A stretch of DNA of 61,112 nucleotides, filler included, from Globobulimina sp. (GCA_003354225.1; 17 parts of 17 records of this genome joined end to end with filler, not necessarily neighbours in it); one strand, 5' to 3'; counted from the first letter of the whole stretch, positions 21,669 through 35,121 are shown. The notes: generated by a model not told the origin, from the letters alone. Numbers and translations are program-made.

Positions 21669-24600
21669 ATGGAGCAAAAAAAGAAAATGGCAGACGATGA
21701 AGATGTGGATATGATGAACAATGATAAGGTAATATTGCAAGAGATGCAAGAAGCGAATGGCAGATTACAGCAAGAAATAAGAATACAAAACGACAAAAAT
21801 GAGGAAAAAATGGAATTTCTCCGCCAAAAACACAAAAAAGAATTGGAAGCAATGCAAATTAAAACAATTGAGCAAATGACAGCAAATTTAGAACAATCAG
21901 AGAGAGCTGAAGCGCTAATCCAAGACATACATAATTTGGATAATATGATAAATGAACATGAAGAGAGCCAAAAAAGTGCGCCAAAAGCCATAATAATGCA
22001 AGAAGTGAAAGAAAATGAATTAATGGGAAATAGTATCCCGCCATCATCAGAAACAGAAGCACAAATTACAGGAAATACGGGAACAACCCAAGAAGAACGA
22101 AAGTATGCCATAATATTTGACAAAAACAACTTAGAAGCACTCAAAATGGAAGATTTTACACAAGAAAGCATCACTGAGCTACAAAATGAATTAAATGAAT
22201 GCAGATCAAATACAAAAAAGATTGGAATTGACAAAGAATTGCAATTAATTGAAACAAACCTTGCTGACTCGCCAAAAGCAGTAGAAATGCTACGAAAAGC
22301 ATGGGACCCATCAAATAAAGCAGTTTATAGCTGGATGACGCACGCAGCAGACTGGAAATTAAAGAGAAGAGAATCTCCGGTCAGCGGAACCTACTCATTA
22401 TCGCCAGATGAAAAAACAAATGATTTTCAGATTTATTTAGCAACAAAAGACCGTAACACCGGAGAATTCCTGCATTTATCAGTGCAACCATTAAAAGTCA
22501 CCAATGCATGGCGAGATGTGACGGAAATATTGACCCAAACCAATGGAAATGTATTATATGCGATACAATTAGAATCGGCGCAAAATGAAGAACCTATGGC
22601 ATTTGAGATTGATTTACAACGAATACATGATCAGGATGAGATATGTGCAATTTTATTAAATACAGAGACCAAAATCAAATGGACCATCAATAACAAAGAA
22701 GTTGAAACTGGCACCAAAGGCTACAAACAATCGGCGGTGATTTTGCCGATAAGCACCCAAAAACTCCAAATAATATCAACTGAAGATGTTTATGCGGAAT
22801 TTAATGAAGAATCGCAAAAAGAAAATGGAAAAAAAGAAGAAAATGAGGATGACAAATCATACACAGTGCAATTGTTAATTTTATGCAGTAAAAAAGAAGA
22901 AATAATGGACCAATATAAGGAAACAAGCACAATCACCAAAGACAATGAGGAGTTAAGAAACAAAACAACACTCAAAAAAATTACCAAAAGAAAGCAACAA
23001 AAAAGAAACATCCAAAAAGAAAGATCAGAAATTGCGAAAAAGTATGTGAAAATAAGTTTGAATGAAACAAAACATAATAAAAACAACAAAACAGGAAAAG
23101 AAACAGCCGAAGAACACGAAATTAGAGTCAAGAAAGTACAGACAATCACTCAAAACTTACTTTTATATTTTATATATATTTATTATTTTTATAAACAGAT
23201 AACAAGTACAAATGCATTATTATGTGTGTCTACCGCCTTCAAAGCACATATAAATGATGCCAACTCAAGCAAATATGACAAAAAATCAAATTTCGTTTTA
23301 GGCGAAGATATGATTGAACAGAATAGAAACAAGAATGAGGAATTGAATGCAATCAAAAATGACCTAAATCCCCAACTTTACAATTTTAAATTTTTTGTTT
23401 TTGATCATAATAAATCTGCACAAAGTAGATACCAATATATTTATGATTCTAGCTTTATTTTTATATTGTTTTGTTTTTTGCAACAAAAATTACTGTTGAA
23501 TTTGCCTGAAATGAATGCATTTGTTATCTTGCTATATTTATGTATCCAATTAATTTATAAATGTGATTGTGCTGTATTTAATTTATTTCATTTGCAAGAC
23601 GTTTGCAAAATGACTCAGCTTCAGTTAAACAACCAAAAAAAGCATGAAACTAAAATGAAACTAGTTAAAATAAGCACAGCTTGCCTCAGTAAACAGAAAA
23701 CCTATCCTAGCACCTATAATTTCAATTTACATAAAATCTATCCTAGCACTGCAATTTCGCGGGAAAAACTAGATAATGCAACAAATAAAAAACAAAAAAC
23801 AAAAGTAACAGCAAATAATATGTTTAAACATGTGAAATATAAAAAAAAGAAAATAATAATAGATATAATACATACAAAGAATGAAGTAATAATAAAGAGA
23901 AAAGGAAAGAATGTAATGAACAAAACACACAACAAACGCTATCGCCCAGTATGGGGATCAACAAACAAAACAGACATACGATGTTTAACAGCGAGAGCGG
24001 CCTCTTGCAAGAAAGTAAGTAAATGGCGAATCTCCCCCTTCTCAAAAAATGCACGACAATGCCATAAATTGTTAGTTTTCCTCCTTGACCCAATTTTTAC
24101 GTTACAAATAGGCACCGCACGATTTAACTCACTAACTAAAACATGGAATCGATGGCTCACACGAGCAACAATGAGCCGATCATGTAACCAACGAATCTCG
24201 CCCACAGTATCGGCAGAAATGGAGGAATATAGCCCTAAACAATCCACAAAAGGAGGAATATTGTCATTTGCGGTTAATACATCTTCAATAAAGCGATGCC
24301 CTGCCTGGAGAGTAATAAAATGTGCCACCAAAAATTTATCGAAATCAGACTGCACAGCACGGAGTCGGGCTAAATATAAAACAAAAAAGGGAAAAAAGAA
24401 AAGAAGAAATAAGGAGAAAATAGATAAAGACAAACTCAATGAAACAGAAATAGCGGCGAGATGGTCACGACAGCTAAGAACACGAGAATCAGAATTCAAA
24501 CAGCGACTAAATAATACAGCACCATCGGATAAATGGTCAAATATCTTCTTCAATTCCCAATATAATTCCTCGACATATAATATGGAACAAACACGAGGAA

Positions 24601-25117
24601 TGAGATCCAATTCTAAATTAGGCCCAAACGGCCAAAGCGAAGCAGATGTGTCAATACGGACAATTGTCCAATCAAAAAATTGTAGAGCTGATTGTAATTG
24701 CTCGGAAAGCTTAGAATCATCACCATCATCATTTGCAATATCTTGCTTTTTTGCTTCTCGTTCGACCTGTTTGCTTTCTTCATATTGTGCGTATTGCCCA
24801 CCACGAATAGCCTTATATGGCCAATTGGCATTGCTGGCACGAAGTGATAATGCCGACTGCTTAACGTATACTGCCGACTTCTCTTTCCTTGACGAAGACA
24901 TTGAAAGACTTAAAACTAAGATCCAATTAACAAACCAAATACAAAAAAACTGTGACACAAAAAACTATGTTACAAAAAACTGTGTTGGAAAAAATCATGT
25001 AAAAAAATGGGAAATAAAAGGGAAAAAAAGCTATGGAGTAAAATGCTACTTACATCACTATCGCCACCCAATCCAATATTTGCAGATGGAATGCAAGTGT
25101 GCGGAAAATGCTGATGC
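21669..25117 (+). CDS. Contig-spanning ORF: coiled-coil N-terminal half, low-complexity C-terminal half
   Basis: About 1150 codons without a stop. The first ~490 aa look like a normal E/K-rich protein; the remainder has unusual composition. Confidence 0.5.
23939..24902 (-). CDS. Unknown protein antisense to the long ORF
   Basis: Globular-looking sequence from MSSSRKEK, with a polypyrimidine intron-like segment at 24370-24435 (66 nt, GT..TAG, in frame). Confidence 0.55.
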
Positions 25118-25217
25118 NNNNNNNNNNNNNNNNNNNNNNNNNNNNNNNNNNNNNNNNNNNNTTAATTAATTAANNNNNNNNNNNNNNNNNNNNNNNNNNN
25201 NNNNNNNNNNNNNNNNN

Positions 25218-26837
25218 TTATGCAGGAAAATGTGGAGCACCAAGTCGAGAGTGAGGAAGATGCCGTTTTGAGTGCGGAGAGCAGTGACAGTGAAGAGGTA
25301 GAGGAGAAAATTGATGCTATTGAATATTATAAAGATATACAAGACGAACATGTTAAGTCATTTCAATGTTATATAATGTTTATTTTTGTGTTGATATTTG
25401 TAGGTCGAGAGTTTATTGTGTATGAAAATGGAGAAATCCTACGAGAATCCCTATCTTTTGGGTGATAGGACCCGATATAAAATACCAAAGAAAAAGAGGG
25501 AATTTGACCATTTGGAGAGGGATTTGCGACGATTGACTGCAGGATTGAACAATGTAGAAATTGAGGATAGGAAATTTTGCAAATTGGTGATATTGAAATT
25601 TTATGAACTTTTATGTGCTACGTTTCGTCGATATTGTTTGATTGGCGGTGATAAGAATTGGTTGACACCCAAAGGATGGAACAATTTATATCGCGATGCG
25701 TTTGTTGTTGACAATAAATCTGAATTTTGTAAGGATAAACAATGTAAAAATTTATTTGAAAAAATATTGGCGGTGCACGATAATAAAAAACATAGAAAAA
25801 ATATAGAAAGTGACTGGAATGGTGTTTGGAAGCGGGAAAAACAGGAAGATGGAGAGGACGCAGTTATTGTTAAAATTAAACAAATGTCAGATTATAAATT
25901 AAAAGGATATATTAAGTCCTTTGATTTTTGTGATATTAATGGAGTCATCAAACACGATACAAACAATAAGCAAACCAAAAAATTTATTATTTTGTATCAG
26001 GTCCAAACAGAACAAAATAAAGCAATGAGATGCGATGCGACATTGACCAATGAAAATAAAATAGAAATTGCATGGCAAACAATTGAAGAATCGGCAGTGA
26101 ATAATGAGGAAACCGGATCTTTTGTGTTGAGCAAAATTGCTGAGTTAACCAAAGAGGATAATAATGTATTTAAGGTATGGTGGGGAGTATAATATGATAA
26201 TATGATATTTAATTATTGCGATTTCTGATTGACTGAATATCATATTATCATATTATACGCCGATCACATTAAGTCTGTTTATGGTTTGTTGCGCTATGAA
26301 TTTTTCGATATATTGTTGTGTTTGTCACAAATGAAGTTTCCTAAAAACACTCATAAGTATAAATTCCAATCACTTTTGAAATTAATGCAAGACTTTGTAA
26401 CCCGGTTTATTTGGGATGATATAAATTCAATTTCAGCGTCAAAAGATAGTTTGAAATGGTTATTTAAAAAAGATTCGAAATCATTATCGAAATTATTCAA
26501 AACTTATTGCAAAAAAAATGTTGGTTTGTTAAATGAAAGGGAATGGAAAGTATTATGTTCTGATATATTCAACAAAGGTATGGATGGTAAGGCATTTAAA
26601 AAAGGGAAAAGTGGCAAGCCAACACAACGAGATATCTCTCAGTCATTCCAATTGGCAAAGACACATTTATATCATTCAAATTTAAGATACAATCAATTTG
26701 AAAAAGCATTGCAAAATTTAGCACATAAAATGTATAAAAAAAAACCACAACCAAAATATCAAACATTTGATTATCAGGACAAATTAAAAAAAATATTACA
26801 ATGGGCTGCTAAATTGCAGCGATTAAATGAGAAATAG
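25218..26837 (+). CDS. Protein with EF-hand-like / p25-alpha-like modules (5' partial, two introns)
   Basis: Three ORFs joinable through GT-AG introns (~25352-25403; donor at ~26177). Two FxxYC..L...W modules. Confidence 0.6.
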
Positions 26838-27044
26838 TTTATAATTATAATATTACACTGTATTATATTTAGTATTTAAATTTAGTCGATTATAAATAGT
26901 ACAGATCAGCATAGTGATGTTATCGATGTATAACCCCTCGATCAATATAGTTTGATATGAGCTTCTTCTCCAGACTCGGTACACAATAAAAATTCACGAT
27001 AAAAAAAGTAAACATAAGTTTTTGTCAATAGCTTACAAAATTAT

Positions 27045-28718
27045 TTAAATAACAAAGACTTGCGGTGAAGTATCATCAGTCTCCATTTGCTTACTTTCCT
27101 TCTCATCCTTCACTCCCTTCTTCGACTTTTCTTGAATCATTTCAATATCCTCATTATTCACAGTTTGATAGTCTTCTTTTTTCTGTTGACCATCAACTGC
27201 TTTATGATGAACGCAGCAGTACCAATAAACAACACCAATGAAACAAATAACAACCAATCCCACAAATATCCCACCAACAATGTATCCCTTTTCCTCTCTA
27301 TCACCCATTTCATCGCTATCGTTCTCTGACGTACTCGAGCTAAGATACTGTGTAGTTGGTGGCTGTGAGGGTGATATTGTGGGCGCCATTGGACACTGAC
27401 AAAACCAATCAGCATCAATTAAACACGACACATCGTAGTTATTATCCACTCCGCAATGCATTCTGCTTCCACCATGCATATAAATCTCTGAATTTGTTTT
27501 ATATTCCTCGGTAATATCGATATCACTCCATCCCCCTCTGGCAAATATTTGTAAATCCAAATGTTTATCATTCGCACTTCCTAGCAACAGCAAACATATA
27601 TTTTTCGTTTTTGTTGGAGTAAAATAGATAAAAAACAGACCAGAAATGACACAATTTTGGCTTTTCGTGGGACAGTAAACCTGTATATCTTGACAGGCAC
27701 CGTGCGGACCTTCATTACTATTACAACCGATACTTAATTTAATCGAATTATTCGCATAAAATATTGCATTTTGACAGGATTCATTCGCGTTACATTGCAC
27801 ATTAACAGCACCATAATCTGGTCCATATATTATCGAATCAGTCAATGCCATGTCACCCATTCCATTCACGTTTAAATTACCTCGCGAAGCTCCCGAATTA
27901 ATACTGATATTTGTGCATGAAGCTGAAGACGTAGATGAGCCGCAAACAACTGTACAATTATCAAGTGCTCCAGCTCCACAATTTATGTTTGTTTCGGTTT
28001 GCAAACCAATGCAGGATCTCTCGCCAGTACATAATACGTTGCATGCTCTCCTATCTCCGCAATTTATTGTTGATGCAGCACACGATTCAAATGCACTGCA
28101 AACCACATTGCAAACACCTTCATTTTCACCATCAGCTATGCCTGAACATGAAAGTGTTTTTGTTTTACACTGTCCAGCAACTGTACAGTTTATATATTGT
28201 TCATTTGCTTTGCTTCGGAAACATTGGCTATCAAACTGGGAATATTTGCAATTCCATAAACCATATTGTATCGAACACGATGAGTTATAATCGAAACCAC
28301 AGTGCATTGTGCCTGAGATATATGCATTGAAAGTAGTGATTGTGACATCATTGAAAGAATCTGGCGCATATACTGTCCAATTCTTAGGTGATTCAAATAT
28401 GCCGCCATCGCCACGTATTTCGCAATTATATCTGTCCGATGCTATATTTGCTGGTGATATATGAGGACATATTAATGTTATATTGGTGCAGCTATTTGCG
28501 GATTGACAGTCAAGTAACGATCCGGTTGTTGCTGCTGAAAAATCAATTACTTGGTTGTTGCATGGAAATTCTTCATTGCAGATTTCATGGCAAAATCCTT
28601 GATTACATCTTGCTGTGCAAACTGAGACCAAATAACTTGTTATTATTAATATTACAAACGATACGGAATGTTTAGTTGTAGCTGCCATTCGAGCTTCCAA
28701 ATGATAGAAAAAAACTGT
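27045..28718 (-). CDS. Cys-rich type-I membrane surface protein
   Basis: Signal peptide, repeated C-x-C..I.C units, S/T/P stalk, TM helix and charged tail. Probable 60-nt in-frame intron at 27581-27640. Confidence 0.8.
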   Translation of the reverse strand, partial: TVFFYHLEARMAATTKHSVSFVILIITSYLVSVCTARCNQGFCHEICNEEFPCNNQVIDFSAATTGSLLDCQSANSCTNITLICPHISPANIASDRYNCEIRGDGGIFESPKNWTVYAPDSFNDVTITTFNAYISGTMHCGFDYNSSCSIQYGLWNCKYSQFDSQCFRSKANEQYINCTVAGQCKTKTLSCSGIADGENEGVCNVVCSAFESCAASTINCGDRRACNVLCTGERSCIGLQTETNINCGAGALDNCTVVCGSSTSSASCTNISINSGASRGNLNVNGMGDMALTDSIIYGPDYGAVNVQCNANESCQNAIFYANNSIKLSIGCNSNEGPHGACQDIQVYCPTKSQNCVISGLFFIYFTPTKTKNICLLLLGSANDKHLDLQIFARGGWSDIDITEEYKTNSEIYMHGGSRMHCGVDNNYDVSCLIDADWFCQCPMAPTISPSQPPTTQYLSSSTSENDSDEMGDREEKGYIVGGIFVGLVVICFIGVVYWYCCVHHKAVDGQQKKEDYQTVNNEDIEMIQEKSKKGVKDEKESKQMETDDTSPQVFVI

Positions 28719-29026
28719 NNNNNNNNNNNNNNNNNNNNNNNNNNNNNNNNNNNNNNNNNNNNTTAATTAATTAANNNNNNNNNNNNNNNNNNNNNNNNNN
28801 NNNNNNNNNNNNNNNNNNCAATCTGGCCTCCCTAGATATTATCCAACTATCCTGTGCATATTCATATTTTTTTTTTTTTTTTTATTTTTTTTTTAATTGC
28901 CTCAAATCCATTTAGAAAATTTTATCGTACATCACAAACAAAACAACACAAAAAGAAAGAATTCAGATATCATATTTTGCATTCAAGTCAAGCAATATAT
29001 ATTAACACAATATAATGACAACATCG

Positions 29027-31226
29027 TTATAACAAACCAATACCACTGACCATATGACGTAAATGTCTGCGAAATGATTTCTTCTCTTTTTCTTGCTTTT
29101 CCTTTAACTCAGCATGTTCCTTCGCAGCTTCTCTTTTTTTATCATCGTGGTTTTCTTCATCTTTTCGTTTCTGTTCGCCCTCAACATCCGTGGCGACCAA
29201 ACCTAAGATACACAGCAACTGCACTCCCCAAATAAGTGCCTGATTCACCACTTTTGCAAACAATGGGCATATCCCCAATGTCAACGAAACAATCAATCGG
29301 AATATCCACACTTTCTTATTTGCTACAAACGGATGTGCGCCGCGAATGATATTCAAACAAATCACTATCACAAATAATGAGTATCCAGGCAACAAAATGT
29401 CTATCCATCTTTTCTTAGTGTCCAGCACGTGTTGGCCTGCCAACTTTGTATGTATTGCAAAAAACATTCGTCTGCATTCCAGCTCAAAATAGCCAACAAA
29501 ACAAATGCTTTTTGCAATATATATATACCTTGACACCAATGCCATATCCAAGCAGAGCAATAAATAAAACTTGATGCGAATGTATATAAACTCTGGCTCG
29601 ATTTTTGCTGATCCGCAAAGCGTGATTTTTAGTGCCGACTAAAATGGCTTCCTCAGTCGGTTGGCAGTTATAATATAACCGTCCAATGCAATAACTCAAC
29701 ACAAATATACCCAAAAAGAAGAATATCCGAATGATATCCGGTGGTGTCCCATCTTTCTGCCATGCAAACTTTTGATACAGATCCAATGAGCCCACATCAG
29801 CACTGAGCACCGCAATGAGTGCCTCGCCCAAAATGATCATCACAAACAAGCCATAGCGCTCAGAAATGTGCGGCACATTCAGCGGCAAAGCAACCGCATA
29901 CTTTTTCTTCTCCTCACTGCTGCAGAAATAGTTGGAAATGGTCCATTGAAGGACGCCGCTGCCGTACTCCACCACCCATAGACTGAAATAAATGGCAAAG
30001 TAATCCAGCGCACAGCCATGGAATTTGAAGCCAATCAAAGTGATTAAAACCAGTATAATGCATAAATGTAAAATGATATGATACACAGCGTGTGACTTCG
30101 CGCGAGGAATGAACGACACTCTAAAAAACATGCAACAGCTCACAATCCGGATCAGTGCGTAGGAGCTAAAAAAGCCAATGTGATACGCGGCGTCATCCGC
30201 GACAAAAATGCCCATTGCTAAGATAAAGGTCATGTAACAGATACGCAGCAATTCGTCGATGTGCTCATTCAACACAAAATGCGTGGTATACATCACCTGT
30301 TCCATCCAAAAGGCAGACAGCAACGCAAATTGAGCAAAAGCTGTCAACAAGAAATCATATTCACCGTCATGGCAGGCGGTAGCATCATAATGTAAGCCCT
30401 GTATACGTACACAAACTGGATTTGAATATCAAAGAATAAGTATGCTGTACATGTATGCTGTATACCTCCTCGCTGACCACCACTGAATGCGCCGCTTCTG
30501 TGCTTAAACGGACAATGCAAGCAACGAAAACTAAGTCAAAAAACAACTCAACCCAACCAGCCCTCAACTCGTCCAATCCATCGTCGACGCAGTACGTATG
30601 CCAATCTTGTCGTATATAGCCACGAAAGAAACGATTTTTAATTCGACTGAGCAGTGTTTTTGTAAAGTGTATAGATGCAAAATGATAGGAACACTTAACT
30701 AAAATGTTTGATTTTGGAGGTTTGTGGATGCCGTGAACTTATCAGTAAAGGTTTTTGTTATATATTGTTCTTCATTGTTTTCATCGATGCCGCCGAGCTT
30801 ATGGGCAGTCTCCATTCTATGTTTGAAGTCTTCCACGTCTTTGGCTTTGATGTCGCCAGAGTTATTTGTCTGCAATGATGGCGTCTCTTGCATCTGTGGT
30901 AGAGTTTCGTCATTGGGGTTGGCCGTGTCGTTGGTGTCGGGGAAATCATTCCTAGCGTCAGAATCTGAGGGAGACACTGGTGATGGGACAGCTTCCGGCG
31001 ATGGCAGTTCGTGAACAGAACCGGTATTAAGATATTCACTGTCATTATGTTCCGGGTGTTCATGAATTTCAACAGAATTTGCATTATTTCGGGTAATTAA
31101 TTCTATTGTATCGTCTTTAGTGTCAGTGACTGTATCTACATCTGGTGATTTTGCATCTGGTGATGGCAACTCATGAACAGTGTCACTTTGGAAAGAATCT
31201 GTTTTATCAATCAACACAAGTGTCAT
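29027..31226 (-). CDS. ltrA: Low-temperature requirement A (LtrA) family membrane protein, three introns
   Basis: WVELFFDLVFV and HISERYGLFVMIILGE motifs. Introns near 30647-30699, 30400-30465 and 29445-29528 join the four ORFs. Confidence 0.88.
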
Positions 31227-31260
31227 TATTCAACACAAGGTTTTTGAGTGAGGGGGGAGT

Positions 31261-32307
31261 TTAATGCAATGGAAATGTGCAATGTCTTATCATTGTAGTT
31301 ATTCCAATTTCATTCAATAATTTCATTTGGTTTTCCGAATTACAAAACACCAATCCAGCAAATGGTAGCGCATTGATTGAAAATTTTACTTTAATATTTT
31401 GATTGTGTTTGTCAATCAATTCACCTTCAAACTCGCCACATTTTCTCACTACGATCATCATTGCATGTTGTGTTATTAATAAATTATAAGAAAACATATG
31501 TTGAGATAAATAATTATTTCCAATAGTATCGTCAAGCAACATTCTATTTTTTATCCAAGCAATCAATTTGTGATAAAATGAATTTAATTGATCACAATCA
31601 ATATTCTCATCCAATAATATCATGCCATGTAAGAATGGATAACCATCAAATATCAATATGGCATTGTTATCATTCTCTTTCTTTTCCTCACTTTCAATTG
31701 GATTTTTTTGCAACGATTTAGCGATTTTATGCAATGATAATGTTTGTGGACATGGCATAATATGCAAATGTCTGTGCATCTGAGTGGCACCCGATAACAT
31801 ACCGGAATTCATAAATATTAATGAATTGTTTTGATTTGCTTTATGTGTTGATATTGATTAGAATATTTTTAATGTTACATCAAAATCGTTAATGTTTAAA
31901 GGATTTGTTTGTTGGATCCAATCTGAACTAATAATTAAAATATGATTTGGTAAAACTGGAAATTTGTTTAAAATTAATTTATATTCATTTTTTTCGCCCA
32001 AGTCACAAATATGTGAACCACTCCTAAATGGACCAGCAAATGGATCAAATGCTTTTGCCTTTTTATTATTATTTGCTTTGCTTTTTTGTTTTATATTCGT
32101 TGGTGGTTTATTTGCCTGATTCTCTGCTAAATATACATTGTATTTTAGATTATTTTCAATACAAACTTCTGGTTTTGCTTTATAAGCGTCACATTTTGAT
32201 ATTAATGCTATTGCCTCACATTTTGATATTAATTCTTGTATATTGACAGATGACCGTTTTGGACACTTGAAGGGTGGTTGTTTTTTTGCAACACAGGAAG
32301 CTGCCAT
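31261..32307 (-). CDS. Ap4A phosphorylase / ATP adenylyltransferase (APA-like), in-frame TAA at 31858-31860
   Basis: DPF, LNKFPVLPNHILIIS, NSGMLSGATQMHRHLH, SYNLLIT, SINALPFAG. The two track ORFs share one frame and are separated by a single stop. Confidence 0.85.
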
Positions 32308-32419
32308 TGTTTTCACTTGNNNNNNNNNNNNNNNNNNNNNNNNNNNNNNNNNNNNNNNNNNNNTTAATTAATTAANNNNNNNNNNNNNNNNNNNNNNNNN
32401 NNNNNNNNNNNNNNNNNNN

Positions 32420-33371
32420 AACATATGATAATATCGAAGAGCAGGAACAGACCGAACAGTCAAATGAGCCAATAATAATCGATGAAATATATGCAAATGA
32501 ACCGGTACCAATAAATTTGGAGATAATCGATGACTGCGATGCCAATGGTAATGTTGTAAATGATCAGGAACAAAATATTGATAGTCCCAAACAAATTAAT
32601 TTAGAAACAAAGTCAGCTAAAATTCCGAAAAAACCAAAAACACAAAAGGTTATAGATAAAATTGAATGTATTTGTGGACGAAAAATGTTTTCAACAAAAA
32701 ATCCAAAAAACAAATATCCACCAAATTCTTTGTTACAATGCCAACAAAAAAAATGTTCAAATAAGTTAATTGTTAGCAAAGATACATTTTATTGGTGCAA
32801 AAAAAAAGGGAAAAAGTATCATAGCACCAAAGATGGTGGATTTGTGATTTGTGGCTCATGCGCAATGTCAAAGAGTGAGAGAGAGCAAAGAATTAAAATA
32901 AATCATAATTTATTAACTAAACAGATAAAAAATAATGATATTGGATGCATTGTAATATCTGTATCTCATTCGTATGAAGAAAAAGAGAAATTATTGACAT
33001 CAATGAAGGAGATACAAAGTAATAAGGAATTAATTAGAACAAAATCGAAGAGAATGGTTATTAATGATTGTGAATATAAAGTGATTTATCATGGATTTAT
33101 GAGTAAAAAAGGAAATTTATGGAATAAATCATTTAAAAAAAGATATTTTAAATTAGTTGAAAATAAGAAATTGTACTATTATAAAGATGATAAAGTAACA
33201 GATGACAATCACAGAGGGTTTGTAGATTTGAATGATATAAAACGTATTGTAAAAAGTGGTAAACAAGGATTGAAAATGAATACAACAAACCGAGAATGGA
33301 CATTTTTGTGTAATAACATCAAGGAAAGAAATACGTGGTATAATGTTATAAATAAATTATGTTTTAAATAG
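32420..33371 (+). CDS. Zinc-finger + PH-domain protein (5' partial)
   Basis: CICG..C..C..C..CGSC cluster; PH domain HGFMSKKG..FKKRYFKL..LYYYK..ERNTWYNVI. Confidence 0.88.
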
Positions 33372-33620
33372 TCAACTTTTTTGGCTTAAAAAGTTTTCAC
33401 TCAATTACGATGAATTCGAGTTACCTCACCCGACAACTGGAAAATACTGAATCTGTTTTTTATTGTATACTGAATCTAAACAGAAGAAAATTGCAATTTA
33501 AGTTGATATCGGCATCAAAATTACATAGTTGGCAATGCAGACCGTAACTTTGACACTCATAACAATGATAAAAAACAAATATAAAAAACAAAAGAAAATT
33601 AAAAACGAATTCTAATTTTT

Positions 33621-35121
33621 TTAGTCCAATTTCGCAAATTCAGCTTTAATTTCTTTAAAAACGGGTTTCATTTTATTTTTAAACGCATCCGTATAACTCG
33701 TATGATCCATCCACTGTTGAATCGTGCTGACAATAAATGGTGCTTTTATCTTAAAATGAGTTTTAACCACATCCTCAAATCCAACATACGGCTTTTTTAA
33801 TATATCTAAAATGGCAGATTTGGCATTATGAAACATAACCTCCTCATCGTAATCAATCACTCTTCGTTCATGCTGCGTTCTGCCAACCACTGTCCCCTCC
33901 CATCCACCATGCGATGGCTCCATATAATACGGATGGTTCGCACCAAAGATCATAAACAAAATAGTCGACAGCACTTGATACACATTGGACTGTCCAGCGG
34001 TCCATCCCGGGCCAGACCACGTCCCTAACAAACTGAGACACACTTTGCCGCTGCTTTGGTGTAAATTGGGTGAAAAGCCACCCGGTCCATTGTTGGCACG
34101 GCAAAGGGCAGCACCACGGGTCACATGCTTAATATTCAACGGCTTATTTGGATAATCGTCCGGTAAATAAATATCGAATAAAAATAATCCATTCGCATAT
34201 GGCGTATCTTCAATTCCTGTCAACAATGCTTGCAAAAAACGTGGGTTGTTCTCATCAAAGCGCACGAACATCGAACATTCGATGGAAGTATAAATATTTT
34301 TGGGTAATGTTTTCCGAATTTCTTTCATAATTTTCTTAAAATTATCAGAAGTTGGATCGGGTTTATCATCTTTGTGCGAGGAATATGTATGGCGTTCGGT
34401 GAGGCCTTCAATGGATGAATATGTAGCATAGGTTTCGAGCGCTGCCATTCTAGAAACATATTGTTCGCCGGCTGTGATATATTCTTTTTGTTCTTTTTCG
34501 TTTCTGTGCATTTTAATATCTTCAATTAATCCATTTTTGATTGGTTTGGCCCGTTTGGGTGTTGGTGGCGGTGTGGGTGTAAATGTTGGTAACGGCTGGG
34601 GAGTAATTTCATGTTCAGATATGGAATAAGTATAATTTTCAAAAACATTTTCGGTCAAAATTGATGGTGATACGGATGCTGATGCGGATGCTGGTGTTTT
34701 TCTTTTTGTTTTTAGGAAATACGTGCTTTTTTTCTGTGGCTTTTGTTGTTGTAACCAGAGATCGTTCCAATTATCTAACCATTCCTCATCATAATCGTCT
34801 TCGCCATCACCGTATACATCGTAATGGTAATCATATACACTGCAACCTATGATTTTATTTAGGTCTTTTTGCGAACGATGTATTTCCTGACTTTTCTTTC
34901 CTTGACGTGATGCCTTTCCACGTATCCAACCTCTTACCATTGTATCGGGGACAGATTTGATGCTGCCACAGGATGCTTTTTTCGATTTTGAACCACAAGA
35001 TCGATTCTTGAATTTTTTCTATATGGATACAACCGAGAAATTTATTTTGAATTTGCTGACATTGTGGAACATAGTCATATAGATTATGTTGAGGCAAACC
35101 TTTATCATTTGATTGTTCCAT
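33621..35121 (-). CDS. Ubiquitin-conjugating enzyme of BIRC6/UBE2O/UBE2Z type
   Basis: TGIEDTPYANGLFLFDIYLPDDYP and FSPNL..GKVCLSLLGTW. An intron at 34847-34937 joins the 35121 ORF to the main exon. Confidence 0.9.
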
